From a virus, in IMG/VR virus record IMGVR_UViG_3300009506_000009, positions 1 through 64,000 of that record: a stretch of 64,000 nt of DNA. One strand, written 5' to 3'. A program made the position numbers and the translations under genes. The notes below the pieces were generated by a model. That model did no database searches and was not told the origin of the DNA. It saw only the letters and a program-made list of their open reading frames with translations. This document shows positions 10,625-20,102 of the stretch, piece by piece. How positions within the stretch are numbered: position 1 is the stretch's first letter; every line of letters starts with the position of its first letter.

Positions 10625-10897
10625 CTACCTCTCTTGTACTCGAATAGTCATAGTACGCTGGCAGATTCTACTAGCGTCAGTTGTTATCTTACAAGAAAGT
10701 TTATAGACTGTGCCTGCTACACCCGCACTGAGCCAAGCGGTTACGATTCCACTGTTCTCGGAATAACTATCGATCACTAAACCAGAGTCATCGACAGTGA
10801 CCTCTTGAGCGGTGATAGTCTCCGTGGTATCGAGCCAGTCTGTCCAGTCGAATAAGTAGTCTAGGGTCGAGTCCGGGTCTTTGAAAAATTGTAACAT
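10625..10897 (-). CDS. Putative fibre-attachment adaptor
   Basis: 'KDPDSTLDYLFDWTDWL' motif typical of small virion adaptors found next to fibre genes. Confidence 0.6.
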   Translation of the reverse strand: MLQFFKDPDSTLDYLFDWTDWLDTTETITAQEVTVDDSGLVIDSYSENSGIVTAWLSAGVAGTVYKLSCKITTDASRICQRTMTIRVQER

Positions 10898-10921
10898 GAA
10901 GACCTCCGACTGTTAGATTAC

Positions 10922-11296
10922 TTATGCAGGATCAGGGAACTCAACGTCAAATGCAGTAAGTGTGAATGTGTTACCGTTGGTAACGTTCTGAGTGGATGCA
11001 AGCGCACCTGCAACCAACAGCTTGGTTGCGGAGTTGTCAGTAAGTGACCACCAACCAGCAAGCTGTGTGTCATCTACAGTTCCGTCAGTGATAGCATCAA
11101 CGGTAATCTTACGACCAGATGCGTCACCATTGGCAGGTCCTGTAAACGAAGGTGCCGCTTTATAACCACACTCATAGGTTGACTGTGCCTCGGCATAAGT
11201 CGTAGGTTCCTGTGTGAAGTTGATATATAGATACTCAGTGTTCGTAGAGATATATGAACACGCCGCATCAAGGATATCATCGTGGATAAAAGCCAT
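10922..11296 (-). CDS. Virion fibre/appendage subunit
   Basis: Small beta-rich protein ending 'VTNGNTFTLTAFDVEFPDPA'. Confidence 0.6.
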   Translation of the reverse strand: MAFIHDDILDAACSYISTNTEYLYINFTQEPTTYAEAQSTYECGYKAAPSFTGPANGDASGRKITVDAITDGTVDDTQLAGWWSLTDNSATKLLVAGALASTQNVTNGNTFTLTAFDVEFPDPA

Positions 11297-11317
11297 GGTT
11301 TTTCTCCTTAAAGATTG

Positions 11318-14188
11318 TTATGCAGTCAAAACACGTGTCTCAATTGGTATACTAAGTGTCCTCATATCGCTTTCAACACTCAACACACGTACCTCTCCCG
11401 GAACTGCTAATGTTCGATCATCTTCTTCAATCGCCAATACTCGTGTCTCTGCATCAACGACTAAGACTCTATCATATGGTCTAAAGTAATTCCATAAAGT
11501 TGGTGCATCATACGCTACTGTTCCAGCTAATACATCACTTGCAAGCAGAACGTGTACCTGACCAATACTTGGAGTGTCTATGGTTGGTACGCCACTGGCA
11601 ATGTCAGCAGAGATCAAGTAGTTCCAACCATATGCTCCAATAGTTGGCTCTTCGATTGTAACCTGACTTGTTAAATCATTAATGGATAGTACATGTACCT
11701 GTCCAATAGTCGCATTGTCAATAGTCGGTGTTGATGTTAAGTCAACAGACGTTAAAATATGTATCTGCCATACCGTAGGATTTTCAACAGTTGGTGAAAG
11801 TGCTGAAATTTCTGAAGAAACAAGCTGGTGTACCTGTCCAATATCAACACTATCAAATGTAGGAACAGGTGTGGTAATCTCGGTAGCAGATAAGGCATGT
11901 ATCTGGTTTATGGTAGTTGAGTCTACCGTAGCCTGGGAGGATAGCTCGGTTGCAGTCAGGACATGGACTTGACCTATTGTGCTTGTGTCTACTGTAGCTG
12001 TTCCAGATAGAAGATCGTTAGCCACCAAAGCCACAATCTGAACTAGTGCAGGTTGATCTACCCCAGGTCCTACTGAAATCAGATCAGAGGATGTCAGTAT
12101 ATGCGTCTGACCAATCGTAGACGTATCAACCGTTGGCGTTCCAGACAATAAGTCACTAGCTACAAGATTGTCTTCACCTTCTGTAGACAAAGAAGGTTGG
12201 TCTGTTGTTGGTGCTCCGGCTGTAACTTCGCTGGATGTCAGTACATGGGTTTGCCCAATAGTGCTGGTGTCAAGCGTTGGTGTCCCGGAAGTGACATCAT
12301 TGGCTGTCAGGTTGTCGGTTGCCTCTGAAACCGTAGGTGCGTCTAATGTTGGAGTGCCAGATGTAACATCAGAAGCAGTTAATACATGCACCTGTCCAAT
12401 CGTAGGTACATCAATGGTTGCTTGACTATAAACATCAACAGCACTAAGATTATGAATTTCTGTAACTGTTGGAGCATCAAGCGTTGGTGTACCCGAAGTT
12501 ACATCATTAGCTGTTAGAGCATGTTGTCCTTCGGCAAGAGTTGGAGCATCATAGGTTGGGGCACCGCTAGTAATATCAGTAGCTACTAATACCTGGGTTT
12601 GTCCAACCGTAGGTGTATCTAAAGTAGGTAGGCCACTAGTAGTATCCGTTGATACAAGCACATGAGTTTGCCCAATAGTTGGTGTATCAACAGTAGGTGT
12701 TCCACTAGTTACTTCTGTAGCCGTTAATGGATGCGTCTGCCCCACAATAGGAGTATCTAATGTTGGGGTACCGGACGTGATCTCAGATGCGGATAGGGCA
12801 TGCTCTTGACCAATAGTTGGCTGGTCAATAGTCACTTGACTTGTGAGATCGTTTATAGATAAAGTATGTACCTGCCCAATAGTTGGTGCATCTATCGTAG
12901 GTACTCCACTAGTGACATCACTGGTAGTAAGCGTATGCGTCTGGCCTAGAGTCGGGCTGTCTGCTGTTGGGGTGCTAGAAGTCAACGCTGATGCTGTAAG
13001 GATGTGTGTTTGCCCAATCGTTGCGGTATCAGTTGTTGGTACCCCGATGGTAACATCAGACGCTGTAAGGACGTGGGACTGCCCTATAGTTGGCGTATCC
13101 GTGGCTGGTACACCACTGGTATTATCGGAAGCAGTCAGGACATGGGTCTGCCCTACAGTTGGAGTATCCGCTGTTGGGGTACCACTTGTAATATCAGCCC
13201 CGGTAAGATGGTCAACAGTTCCCGATCCCTGTGGGATGGAGAACATTACCCAGGTAACAACAGCATAAGTATTTTCTGTAAGTGTAGACGTATCTGTGGT
13301 TGGCGTACCAGAAGTACTCTCAGAAGCAGTGAGAACATGGGTCTGCCCAATTGTGGAAGTATCTAGGGTTGGTGCACCTGATGTTATTTCAGACGCAGTT
13401 AGATGTACCACCTCTGCAATAGTTGGAGCATCCATCGTTGGCACTGCATTGGTAAGCTCAGATGAAGTCAAAATATGGGTTTGACCAATGGTACTTGTGT
13501 CAAGAGTAGGTGTTCCACTCGTAACATCTGAAGCTGTTAGGCTATCTTCGGTTGATGCTATTATTGGGAAGCAAACAGCCCCACATACCCACGAATCTGT
13601 CTGTGCTGTACTAAAGGTTGTAGTTAACGATCCACTAGCTGTGTCTGTTGCGTAAGCTGACGCCGTTTGGTATGATCCACGATCCGTTGCATCTAGGGTT
13701 GTCTGCCCGGTTACCCCACTCCATGTATTAACTCCAGCACCAGAGTTTGCCTCAGACACCATTGCCGCAAGCACATGACCGCCATCTGCGGTAGGAGAGA
13801 TGGTGGCTTCTGGGGCTGAACTTGTTCCTGTTCCTACAGTGTATCCATCTGTGATGGCTGTTGTATCCATCCCGGACATGTCAAGAGCCGAGATTGTTAC
13901 TACCGTACTAGAAGACGTGGTTACTCGAAGAGTTTGGCTGGCACCTGCTGTTGGGTTTAGGTACCTATACACATATATATAGTTATTGCCATTATTACCC
14001 GATGTAACCAGGGTCAAGGTTTCATCATTTCCACCAGGGTCAAGCACTACTGATGATAACAAATCTCCGTCTCCATAAAGACAGATTACTGCACCCAAAA
14101 TACGATCACTATTAGATGAGATCGTGATCGTTGCATCATGCTGTGTAGTGCCCGATGAGTATTGGAAAGCGGTATTATCTATAGCCAT
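11318..14188 (-). CDS. Large Thr-rich fibre protein with about 30 copies of a ~23-aa repeat
   Basis: Repeat HxLTASDVTSGTPTLDTPTIGQT; C-terminal 9-aa R-x-L-x-V-x-x-E repeats. Confidence 0.8.
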   Translation of the reverse strand: MAIDNTAFQYSSGTTQHDATITISSNSDRILGAVICLYGDGDLLSSVVLDPGGNDETLTLVTSGNNGNNYIYVYRYLNPTAGASQTLRVTTSSSTVVTISALDMSGMDTTAITDGYTVGTGTSSAPEATISPTADGGHVLAAMVSEANSGAGVNTWSGVTGQTTLDATDRGSYQTASAYATDTASGSLTTTFSTAQTDSWVCGAVCFPIIASTEDSLTASDVTSGTPTLDTSTIGQTHILTSSELTNAVPTMDAPTIAEVVHLTASEITSGAPTLDTSTIGQTHVLTASESTSGTPTTDTSTLTENTYAVVTWVMFSIPQGSGTVDHLTGADITSGTPTADTPTVGQTHVLTASDNTSGVPATDTPTIGQSHVLTASDVTIGVPTTDTATIGQTHILTASALTSSTPTADSPTLGQTHTLTTSDVTSGVPTIDAPTIGQVHTLSINDLTSQVTIDQPTIGQEHALSASEITSGTPTLDTPIVGQTHPLTATEVTSGTPTVDTPTIGQTHVLVSTDTTSGLPTLDTPTVGQTQVLVATDITSGAPTYDAPTLAEGQHALTANDVTSGTPTLDAPTVTEIHNLSAVDVYSQATIDVPTIGQVHVLTASDVTSGTPTLDAPTVSEATDNLTANDVTSGTPTLDTSTIGQTHVLTSSEVTAGAPTTDQPSLSTEGEDNLVASDLLSGTPTVDTSTIGQTHILTSSDLISVGPGVDQPALVQIVALVANDLLSGTATVDTSTIGQVHVLTATELSSQATVDSTTINQIHALSATEITTPVPTFDSVDIGQVHQLVSSEISALSPTVENPTVWQIHILTSVDLTSTPTIDNATIGQVHVLSINDLTSQVTIEEPTIGAYGWNYLISADIASGVPTIDTPSIGQVHVLLASDVLAGTVAYDAPTLWNYFRPYDRVLVVDAETRVLAIEEDDRTLAVPGEVRVLSVESDMRTLSIPIETRVLTA

Positions 14189-15354
14189 TAGACTACATCA
14201 GCCTCAATTCGTATTCGCAGGTTAGCATAGTTAGTAATGCTGTCCGCCTCGGCTCCAGACAAGGTATAAGAACCTCCAACCACAGAAGCACCAATATCGT
14301 TATGGCTCCAGGTTGCACGTTGGGTAACCCCTTCCATCAGGTAGAATGTAAGATTAACTGTGCTAGAACCAACTTTATAATAGCGGTAGTAAATAATATG
14401 GTCTGTAGAAGACTCCGGGTCATCACCGGGATCAAATGCCATTTCACATTGATCATTCGATGGGTTATTCCCACTGCGAATATAGTCTCCATCTACCGCA
14501 GGGTTTTCGTCAACCATGGCGTACAGGTCTACTCCAGTTGATGGGGTCCAGTTACCATCGGAAATATCAGATGCGGGTGAAAGCTGTTGTGGCTCTGTTA
14601 AAGTAGGAGCATCAAGAGTAGGTGTACCTGACGTTACTTCGGTAGCTGATAATACGTGTGTCTGTCCTATGGTAGGCGTATCGGTGGTAGGAGCTCCTGC
14701 TGTAACATCCGCAGAAGTTAAGGCGTGAGTTTGCCCAATCGTTGTAGTATCAACTATAGGTGTACCACTGGTCACATCGGATGCGGTTAAGGCATCAGCC
14801 CCACCTAAATCACCAGCCTCCCAATCATCGGCACGAGCGGTGGTGCTGTCACCATATGCATACATGCCCCCGTTGCCAGAAGATAAACCGGAATCTGTTT
14901 GCGCCCCTGGTGTGCCAGTAGTACTACCATCAATCGTAGGGGTAATTGTAGTGCCGCTGACTTCGATACGAAACACTTCACTAACGGCGGCAGTATGGCT
15001 TGCAGAACTGCCAAGCTGTGTTGGTGTAGATGCGGCATACCTCAATAAATAGTTGGTGTTGTTTAGCGTAACAAAAGTATAACAGCTTAAATTCGTCAAG
15101 CATCTTACGGCTGGACCAAAACTAACTGATGCAGATAAACCCGAAACAGATGCTAAAACAAATTGTGCATACTGATCGTTGTCAAATGTATCCGCATTCC
15201 AATATGGAAATTGTGGGATACTGGCCGCATCGGGTGCAACGGCATTGCTCTGAATATCAGGATCATAAGAACCTTGCTTAGACCAGCTAGTACCATGACT
15301 AGTTAGCTGTACTCCATCCGTATCAGTAAATGAATCGGTAGCCGGAAGTGCCAT
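14188..15354 (-). CDS. Fibre protein: N-terminal lectin-like sandwich, 3 repeats, C-terminal beta domain
   Basis: Same 23-aa repeat; TAATG stop/start coupling to the next gene. Confidence 0.75.
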   Translation of the reverse strand: MALPATDSFTDTDGVQLTSHGTSWSKQGSYDPDIQSNAVAPDAASIPQFPYWNADTFDNDQYAQFVLASVSGLSASVSFGPAVRCLTNLSCYTFVTLNNTNYLLRYAASTPTQLGSSASHTAAVSEVFRIEVSGTTITPTIDGSTTGTPGAQTDSGLSSGNGGMYAYGDSTTARADDWEAGDLGGADALTASDVTSGTPIVDTTTIGQTHALTSADVTAGAPTTDTPTIGQTHVLSATEVTSGTPTLDAPTLTEPQQLSPASDISDGNWTPSTGVDLYAMVDENPAVDGDYIRSGNNPSNDQCEMAFDPGDDPESSTDHIIYYRYYKVGSSTVNLTFYLMEGVTQRATWSHNDIGASVVGGSYTLSGAEADSITNYANLRIRIEADVV

Positions 15355-15355
15355 A

Positions 15356-16189
15356 CTAGAACTCCAAACCCATTAAATAAAAAGGTTGATCTGCCCAATA
15401 GTTTCCTGCTGTTTTTACCAAAGATCGAAACTTTACATTAGGCAAAATAATTCCAGGATCATATCCGAAGGACTCAACTGTGGCATCAAACCATGCTTTT
15501 TCATAGTCAAGCAAGTCTCTATATGAGTCATCAAGTGCCACATTATCGAAGATTGATCTGTTTATACCTGACACAACAGAGAAAATAAGCACAGTTTCAG
15601 GAGTACCATTATTCCATCCAGGTAGTGTCAAGGCAGAATCCATATAAACATTCGCTGTGTCTGCGGTAGCATTTCCGATATGCCCTAAATGTGGTTGTAA
15701 TGCATCATCTAATACAATTACTGACATGCCAATGGTAGCGTAAGCATCAAAGCCCGCATCTAGTGCGGTAATCGATGTGTCCGCTACTGTAAATATACTA
15801 CTCTGAATAAGAGGAAAAGATATTGCTATACCACTGTATCTTTGGTTAAACTGAAACATTCCTGCTGTCTGTCGTAGGAGTTCACGATAGGTTGTGGAAG
15901 GGGTTAACCAATCTGTTGGAATATGTAATCCTTCAAAAAACGCATCGATTGTTGGATCGCTTATTGGGTCATCAAGACTTTCAGGAAAAGAGTATACGTC
16001 AGTATTCAAAATTAAAGCATCATGGTCTGTTTGCAATATATCTGCTAGTAGTAGCATAGTAGGAAGGAACCCATAATCCATGGCACCCCACTGACATACA
16101 ATGCCATCTGTGTTCATTATCCAATTAAAATATTTTGGACCTCGCCACCCATTAATGGTCTCAACAGGAATAAGGTAAAAGCGTAACAT
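15356..16189 (-). CDS. Hypothetical virion-associated protein
   Basis: First gene of the fibre operon; RBS AAGGAG. Confidence 0.6.
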   Translation of the reverse strand: MLRFYLIPVETINGWRGPKYFNWIMNTDGIVCQWGAMDYGFLPTMLLLADILQTDHDALILNTDVYSFPESLDDPISDPTIDAFFEGLHIPTDWLTPSTTYRELLRQTAGMFQFNQRYSGIAISFPLIQSSIFTVADTSITALDAGFDAYATIGMSVIVLDDALQPHLGHIGNATADTANVYMDSALTLPGWNNGTPETVLIFSVVSGINRSIFDNVALDDSYRDLLDYEKAWFDATVESFGYDPGIILPNVKFRSLVKTAGNYWADQPFYLMGLEF

Positions 16190-16280
16190 GATTGTCTCCT
16201 TCTTTAGGTGCTATAGGCTACAATCGGTGCATAAAACAAAAAAGCCCCGCAAATGCGGGGCCATTATCTCCACTAAGACT

Positions 16281-16958
16281 TTAGATATTCGGGTTGTCTT
16301 GTCTCCATTTTACTGTTAGCTGAGCCATCCTGGTAAACACTCTGTAGTTCAGCTTCGCTCCTTCCAGAGCATTGTGGATTTCTGGTTCAGGCTCTACATT
16401 CAACGCTAGTGCCAACCCTTTACCATTCTTTCCTTTACGGCTTCGAGAGCCGTTGATGAATGGAACAATGAACTTACTTTCAGCTACGGAGTATAAGTCG
16501 ATGTTGTCAAACACACGACCACCATCAGGCACCCAACCGTATCGCTTGATAATCTGTGGAGCCTCAGCTTCCATAAAGGCAAGGTCAAATCCTGGGTTCT
16601 GACCAACATACTGCCATCTGGTTGCATTTACTTTAAGCTCCTTTAACCACTTTTCAAACTTTCCCCAAGCTTCATCAACAGGGATACCCTCCTTACGAAG
16701 AGCTTCCTCCGTCCATCCGTTTACTTCCAAGGCTTTAGGACTAGCCTTAGCCATCAACTCATCAGACGGCATAATAACACAATAGAACTCGTCCAGTACT
16801 TCCCCATCAAGTCCCATTGCAACCGCACCAATTGATAATGTACAGGCGTCTGGAATATGATGCTGTAATCCAGAAGTCTCAAGGTCCACAAACAACACAT
16901 GCTTAGTGAACGCACAGTCGCTTAGTGCGGGTAGTACGCTTTCATCGATTGTATTCAT
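16281..16958 (-). CDS. DEDDh 3'-5' exonuclease
   Basis: DLETSG, GQNxxFD and HNALEGA motifs. Confidence 0.85.
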   Translation of the reverse strand: MNTIDESVLPALSDCAFTKHVLFVDLETSGLQHHIPDACTLSIGAVAMGLDGEVLDEFYCVIMPSDELMAKASPKALEVNGWTEEALRKEGIPVDEAWGKFEKWLKELKVNATRWQYVGQNPGFDLAFMEAEAPQIIKRYGWVPDGGRVFDNIDLYSVAESKFIVPFINGSRSRKGKNGKGLALALNVEPEPEIHNALEGAKLNYRVFTRMAQLTVKWRQDNPNI

Positions 16959-16994
16959 ATTCACCTCGGTGAGTAGTATACCATACTACAGTAA

Positions 16995-17237
16995 TTATGT
17001 CAAGGCTGTAAACTCAATTAGCTGTGCGTGTGATCCATGTATGATTGCAATATTTGACCCCTTCAACCCCTCGACAAGGGCATCTACTTGTTCATTGGTT
17101 AATACATCTTGAATAACTAACATATAGTTTTTCTTTGGGTCAAGCTCCATCAGGGATGGTTGTCCAATCAATTGGAATACTTCACCTGCAAATTCAGGAT
17201 CAGTCTTCAAGGCTTTACGCAGTAGTTGTTTGATCAT
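16995..17237 (-). CDS. Hypothetical protein
   Basis: Starts 9 nt after a TTGACA-17-TATAAT promoter. Confidence 0.6.
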   Translation of the reverse strand: MIKQLLRKALKTDPEFAGEVFQLIGQPSLMELDPKKNYMLVIQDVLTNEQVDALVEGLKGSNIAIIHGSHAQLIEFTALT

Positions 17238-17368
17238 AGTGGAGTAATTATATCATAGTTATCTTTGTATGTCAAGGTTTTCCACAAATTAGATCATAAG
17301 ACACAAAGTGTATGCAATATTGTTTGGTCCCCTTGACAATTGAACCGCTTTGGGTTATACTTATTGGC

Positions 17369-18781
17369 ATGACTCCTCCCCACGTTTCTGCATATACAAT
17401 GTTGGGCTTTAAAACACTGCCTATTACCTACGGTAAGAAAGCATCTCCACCTCCTGAATGGACTCACACAGATAGTGAAACGCTGTGGGCTGATGCTCCC
17501 CGCCGATGTAATACCGCATTACAAGCCGGATATAATAATATGTTCCTTCTTGACCCGGACACAGACGTGGGTCAAAAGCATGTTGAGTCTTACTTATCTG
17601 CGCTAGGCATAAACCCCTGGCGCATTATTACATGGCGTGGATATACCCACTTTTGGTTGAAGACGGAAGTACCTACTAACACACAATGGAATGGTAAACT
17701 GAAAGATGGTATGGGAGATTGGCGTGGTAAAAATGGGTATGGGCTTGCCGCCCCATCATACGTTCGCATAGGTAACCAATCGGGGGTATATACTCTCCCT
17801 GGTAACAACCCACTAGAAGTACCCTTTGTTCAATGGTCTGATATCCTTCCATTGTTACAACTTGGCAAAAGTGTAAATATAGACCCTGAGTTATTGACAC
17901 TTCCAGTCCAAACTGTACGTAGATCAGTTCCTCGTTGGGCTTATGATGTTGTTAAGATTGTGAATGATATGGACGCTCCGGGAGATATAAAGCTTGGTCA
18001 CCGCTCATGGTACTCCCGATCTGAGGCCGTCTTTAGTGTAATCATGTCTGGCCTTTTAAGTGGTCGTTCCTTTCGAGAAGTACAACATTGGTTTAGTGAT
18101 TATCGAACTGAAAGCTGGTGGAAGGCATCTACTGCCAAAGCAATTGCGTACATGCGTGACGAAGCCGAACGTCCAGTGTTAGAAGAGATGTATAACTCCG
18201 CCTTTAAACTGCCGTTAAAAGATGAGCGGGTACTGCGTGCTATGATTGCAATCTTATGGTACGTTGGGGACCTGGAAGGATGTGTTGCCAATCGTGATCT
18301 GCAATTATTGGTTGCTCGTGGTCGTCATTCGGTATCATCCTCAGTAAGTCGGCTTATCAAACAAGGTTACGTTGAGTTAGTAGAGGAGTCAGAAGGTGCC
18401 AAAGCTTCCAAATACAGAATTAATCCAGATGTTGAACGATCCAAACGTACAGAAACTATTCTTGACCGAGTACATCATGAAGCATTCCGTCATGGTGGCA
18501 TCCCTGCTTCCGCTGTCACGGTCTTACAGTCCTTATCCCAACCACGAACGGTCAACGAACTGGTTCAAACAACAGACCTTAGTCAATCCGCAGTCTACTC
18601 TGCCCTCCACACCCTTAAGGACCTCGATCTTGCCGTCAAGAGCGGAAAGCATTGGGCTAAAAATGGTACGACAGTGGATCAGCTTAACTCCACGTTGGAT
18701 ACCACTACGTCGCACGCAAAGCGGAAGCATAGAATAATTGAGGAACGAAGCAGGTACTACCGTAACAGAGGGACAGCTTGA
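17369..18781 (+). CDS. Bifunctional primase-polymerase (Prim-Pol) domain with C-terminal winged HTHs
   Basis: LDPD, TxRGxxH and DWRGxxGYxxAAPS motifs. Confidence 0.8.
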   Translation: MTPPHVSAYTMLGFKTLPITYGKKASPPPEWTHTDSETLWADAPRRCNTALQAGYNNMFLLDPDTDVGQKHVESYLSALGINPWRIITWRGYTHFWLKTEVPTNTQWNGKLKDGMGDWRGKNGYGLAAPSYVRIGNQSGVYTLPGNNPLEVPFVQWSDILPLLQLGKSVNIDPELLTLPVQTVRRSVPRWAYDVVKIVNDMDAPGDIKLGHRSWYSRSEAVFSVIMSGLLSGRSFREVQHWFSDYRTESWWKASTAKAIAYMRDEAERPVLEEMYNSAFKLPLKDERVLRAMIAILWYVGDLEGCVANRDLQLLVARGRHSVSSSVSRLIKQGYVELVEESEGAKASKYRINPDVERSKRTETILDRVHHEAFRHGGIPASAVTVLQSLSQPRTVNELVQTTDLSQSAVYSALHTLKDLDLAVKSGKHWAKNGTTVDQLNSTLDTTTSHAKRKHRIIEERSRYYRNRGTA

Positions 18782-18837
18782 CAATGCCTAAGTAACCCTG
18801 TTATAATTAGAGTATCTTTATCTAATTAGGGTACTTA

Positions 18838-19077
18838 ATGACAAATACATCACTAACGGCTCCAGGTATTCTACCAGTAGATCAAGACCTGATTGAAGAC
18901 ATTACGGATATCGCAAAAAGGTTGCCCGTCATCGAACGGGCTGTTTTGTCTCTCATAATGATGGACTATAGTCAGGTTGAAATAGCACACCTCTTTCATG
19001 TGCGGAAGAATAAGATAAGCACCATAAAGATTAGTGCTAGGAATCATGTACTGGAGAAGTTTAATGAGTCAATATAA
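18838..19077 (+). CDS. Sigma70 region-4-like HTH protein
   Basis: 'LPVIERAVL...YSQVEIAHLF'. Confidence 0.65.
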   Translation: MTNTSLTAPGILPVDQDLIEDITDIAKRLPVIERAVLSLIMMDYSQVEIAHLFHVRKNKISTIKISARNHVLEKFNESI

Positions 19078-19291
19078 GCATATGTGTACAGCAGGGTGTG
19101 GGAAAGTAATCACTTGGAGATTCGCAATCTGTTCTGACTGCGAAAAGATTTATGGAAACCGGGCAACTGGCTGGCCTGATTGGTTGCGTGAACGGTGGAA
19201 CATGACACAGCGTGAAAGGCGTCAACATAAGCGGGTTGTTATGCATGAGGTTGAAGCCGGGATCAATGACGAGGTGTTCCATGTTGCCTAA
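19064..19291 (+). CDS. Small Cys-rich hypothetical protein
   Basis: CxxxC...CxxC; coupled ORF. Confidence 0.55.
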   Translation: MSQYKHMCTAGCGKVITWRFAICSDCEKIYGNRATGWPDWLRERWNMTQRERRQHKRVVMHEVEAGINDEVFHVA

Positions 19292-20102
19292 TAACGAAGA
19301 AAATGCTCTTGCTATTCCTGACGAGCTAGATTGGTCTGAGCTTATTGATGAGGTGGCAGACCTTGTTGATATGGGGGACCTCCCGTCAAAGGCCCTGGAA
19401 GCGGTACCTTACTTAATGGCAGGATTGCCTAAAGCAGAAGTTGCTCGCATAGTGCATGTAACCAGACCAACTATATCTAATTGGTTACGACAGTACCCCG
19501 CCATGCAGATAGCTGTTTCTCGTGGTAAGGAACTCGCCCAACAGTACCGTTTATCTATGCTTGAAGGTCAGTTCATCCAGGCACTCCGTGTATCTGAGCA
19601 GATTCTTGGTCTTGAAATGACAGGTAAGAAAGAAGTTATGGGAGAGGATGCTCCTGAAGAGGAGCAGGTAAACTCAAAACTTGTCACTGCCATGGGTCAA
19701 CATGCCCGGTACATATTGGGGTTATTTGTATCATCCAAACATGATCTCACTATTACACATGAAGTAGGGGATAGTGTCCTTGAAGCTAAGAAGGATGCTT
19801 TAGATTACTTGGCGCATGTCATGTCTTCTCCAGAAGGAGATGAACCAATTGATGTGACGTACCGGGTGATCGATGCAAATGTGCACAACGAAGGGCCTAT
19901 GCTGAAAGCAAATGGAGAACCAAACTTTGGTACGCTTGGGGAGTTTGTTACTGATCCAGAGATAGGAACACAATGTCATGATTGTGGACAGTTTTACCAA
20001 TCGCTATCGTCCCATATTCGTAAAGCGATGAACATATCGATCTCTGCTTATGAAACAGTTTATGGTCTTGAACCAGGAAGTGTATCGAGGGTCTCACCCT
20101 AA
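19281..20102 (+). CDS. Putative terminase small subunit (HTH plus Ros/MucR-like zinc finger)
   Basis: HTH 'KAEVARIVHVTRPTISNW'; C-terminal 'QCHDCGQFYQSLSSHI...YGL'; coupled to TerL. Confidence 0.6.
   Translation: MLPNNEENALAIPDELDWSELIDEVADLVDMGDLPSKALEAVPYLMAGLPKAEVARIVHVTRPTISNWLRQYPAMQIAVSRGKELAQQYRLSMLEGQFIQALRVSEQILGLEMTGKKEVMGEDAPEEEQVNSKLVTAMGQHARYILGLFVSSKHDLTITHEVGDSVLEAKKDALDYLAHVMSSPEGDEPIDVTYRVIDANVHNEGPMLKANGEPNFGTLGEFVTDPEIGTQCHDCGQFYQSLSSHIRKAMNISISAYETVYGLEPGSVSRVSP

Noticed and set aside
11500-13540. CRISPR-like periodic repeats
   Set aside because: The ~69-nt period is a degenerate protein repeat in an open frame, with no identical repeats, spacers or cas genes.
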